Shown: in pieces, positions 62,625 to 64,000 of the stretch
Layout: every line of letters starts with the position of its first letter
Numbering within the stretch: position 1 is the stretch's first letter
From: Omnitrophica bacterium GWA2_41_15
Lineage (GTDB): Bacteria > Omnitrophota > Gorgyraeia > Gygaellales > UBA12090
Direction of reading: 5' to 3'
Assembly (NCBI GenBank): GCA_919902675.1
Contig: CAKKRH010000009.1
Span: 21,035 to 85,034, forward strand
DNA: 64,000 nt
Notes under the pieces: generated by a model
What the model saw: the letters and a program-made list of their open reading frames with translations, nothing else
Databases searched by the model: none
What the model was told of the DNA's origin: nothing
Program-made: the position numbers and the translations under genes

Positions 62625-63104
62625 TTAAGGTTGAAAGACAGTCTTTATTTTTATGGTCCTGACTGTGGGCAGGCTGATTATGGTTTTTATCCGGCTTTTC
62701 TCCTTAATAGTCCGGATTATCCGCTTGATTTTATTTTCGGAAGGGCATATCAAAGTAAACCAAAGATTAAATTCGGGGTCATCCCGGAGATAGTTGTGGG
62801 TTACCTCAGAGAAGTTATTAATTATGCCGACAGTCTGATTTATTTGTTCCGGAGGAACGCGCATCCCTACCAAGGAGCGCTTAAACTTAAGATTCTCGGA
62901 GCTGTGCACCGGGCCGATACGCTTAATCAGGCCTAAGCCCTTAAGGCGCTTAGTTCGTCGGATAACCTCTTCTTCGCTTAGGTTTAAATCCTCACCCAGC
63001 TTCTTAAACGGCCTTAAAACCAGGGGAAATTTCTCCTGCAAATAAAAAAGCAGTTTTTTATCTCTACCGTCTAAATCGAATCGTATTGAATCTTTTTTAA
63101 GCAT
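62625..63104 (-). CDS. Siroheme decarboxylase (AhbA/AhbB, NirD/H/L) family protein
   Basis: 159 aa. LDGRDKKLLFYLQEKFPLVLRPFKKLGEDLNLSEEEVIRRTKRLKGLGLIKRIG..VTHNYLR..NLWFTL. Confidence 0.6.
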   Translation of the reverse strand: MLKKDSIRFDLDGRDKKLLFYLQEKFPLVLRPFKKLGEDLNLSEEEVIRRTKRLKGLGLIKRIGPVHSSENLKFKRSLVGMRVPPEQINQTVGIINNFSEVTHNYLRDDPEFNLWFTLICPSENKIKRIIRTIKEKSRIKTIISLPTVRTIKIKTVFQP

Positions 63105-63176
63105 ATAAACAAAAAATCCCTTCTCAAATTCTTAAGAAAGGATTGTAACATACAAAAATACTTCTGTCAACCAGGC

Positions 63177-64000
63177 TTAATTTAATGCTTTTTCTAACAA
63201 TTCCGCCTTAATGCGCTCATACACGTCATCAGCGGGGGATCGATGTTTTCCATCGCCGGTAAAAACATGAGGGTGCTTATAATATGTATTATCCACCAGC
63301 CTGTCGTAAAAGAATATCTTGGGATGAGTCAATACCACCGCGTTCAGCAAAAACTCTTTATTAAAAGCATCCTCCTCATACAGGTCTAACGCGGTTACCT
63401 TGGTGCCCGGAAAAAAATAATTAAGCCTTGTTTCATATTGCGTAAAGTTTTTATGGCCCGCGGAATCAATCAAGCGCTTCGTTGCCTCAGCGATTATTCT
63501 TAGTCCGTAAAATCCTTCACTCAGGGCATCCTGGTGCAGGTTTTTAAATATATTGACCACGCCCTCAGAATCAAAATAACCGTTCTTTAAATATACCTGC
63601 TCGACAGACAAAAAGAGAAACTGGCCCCACTGAGAACATTTATCAGCCGATATTCCCCTTTTATGCAGTTTATCAACAATCGTATTTTTGGTATCATTCT
63701 CTACTATGCACAGGCATTTTTCTCTCTTTTTTAACGCGTTTATCAAAAATGGCATTATCACCGCGAATCGCTCTTCCTTAGTTCTATAGATACTGCCGGC
63801 ATGCGCGCCTTGGTCTAAGGCGCCTTTATCATCCCTATAGTTCATTTTTAAAGACTTTCTCTCCGTAATCAGCAATTGCACGGGTACCTCAAACGCCCTG
63901 GCAATACGCTCAACATTAAGCAGGCTTATATTGCGCTCATTTCTCTCTATACTGCCGATATAAGTCCGATGAAGTCTGGCCCTTATTCCTAAATTCTCCT
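63177..64000 (-). CDS. XRE-type HTH fused to a MEDS domain; 5' end beyond the window
   Basis: The frame stays open from 63881 to 64000 (..GIRARLHRTYIGSIERNERNISLLNVERIARAFEVPVQLLI), an HTH_3-like pattern. The downstream 220 aa has a MEDS-like pattern (HAGSIYRTKEERFAVIMPFLINALKKREKCLCIV). Confidence 0.6.
   Translation of the reverse strand, partial: ENLGIRARLHRTYIGSIERNERNISLLNVERIARAFEVPVQLLITERKSLKMNYRDDKGALDQGAHAGSIYRTKEERFAVIMPFLINALKKREKCLCIVENDTKNTIVDKLHKRGISADKCSQWGQFLFLSVEQVYLKNGYFDSEGVVNIFKNLHQDALSEGFYGLRIIAEATKRLIDSAGHKNFTQYETRLNYFFPGTKVTALDLYEEDAFNKEFLLNAVVLTHPKIFFYDRLVDNTYYKHPHVFTGDGKHRSPADDVYERIKAELLEKALN

Overview
This 64 kb window appears to come from an uncultivated, probably anaerobic bacterium. 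The taxon cannot be verified from sequence alone. About 70 genes are present and all but one (6114..8414) lie on the minus strand.

Housekeeping blocks:
- rnfC-D-G-E (1..3825)
- mtaB and rsmE
- an AmmeMemoRadiSam trio (8380..11032)
- uvrA
- a roughly 17 kb colinear biosynthetic super-operon, argC-J-B-D-F-G-H / toxin-antitoxin pair / lysA-dapF-dapA-dapB-dapL / folK-panC fusion / nadX (40929..56554)
- rplM-rpsI
- siroheme-decarboxylase-like genes

Accessory content is dominated by type IV pilus (T4P) biology:
- A core pilMN-O-P-Q-B-C operon with four pilin paralogs and an embedded tRNA-Ala (11100..20028).
- A minor-pilin operon (58598..60478).
- Two tandem paralogous cassettes (22456..27464 and 27975..32165), the most unusual feature. 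Each is led by a pilin gene, followed by large cysteine-rich secreted proteins of unknown family and then minor-pilin-like proteins. Each is preceded by a near-identical leader of about 330 nt that I read as a GEMM-I (c-di-GMP-I) riboswitch with an intrinsic terminator.

The upstream cassette copy is decaying. Its riboswitch is split by a MITE, its pilin carries TAG TAG in place of CAG CAG, and its last gene is frameshifted.

The window is also rich in small repeats:
- two MITE families, one nested inside another repeat
- a 48 bp hairpin element inserted in frame in two unrelated genes, with a related 24 bp insert next to the ArgJ self-cleavage site
- a 68 bp palindrome inside a CDS
- many tandem heptanucleotide (STRR-like) arrays, both as intergenic hairpins and inside housekeeping genes
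- a duplicated terminator-promoter module

No rRNA, CRISPR array or intact transposase was seen. All function calls rest on motif recognition by eye and no database search was run.
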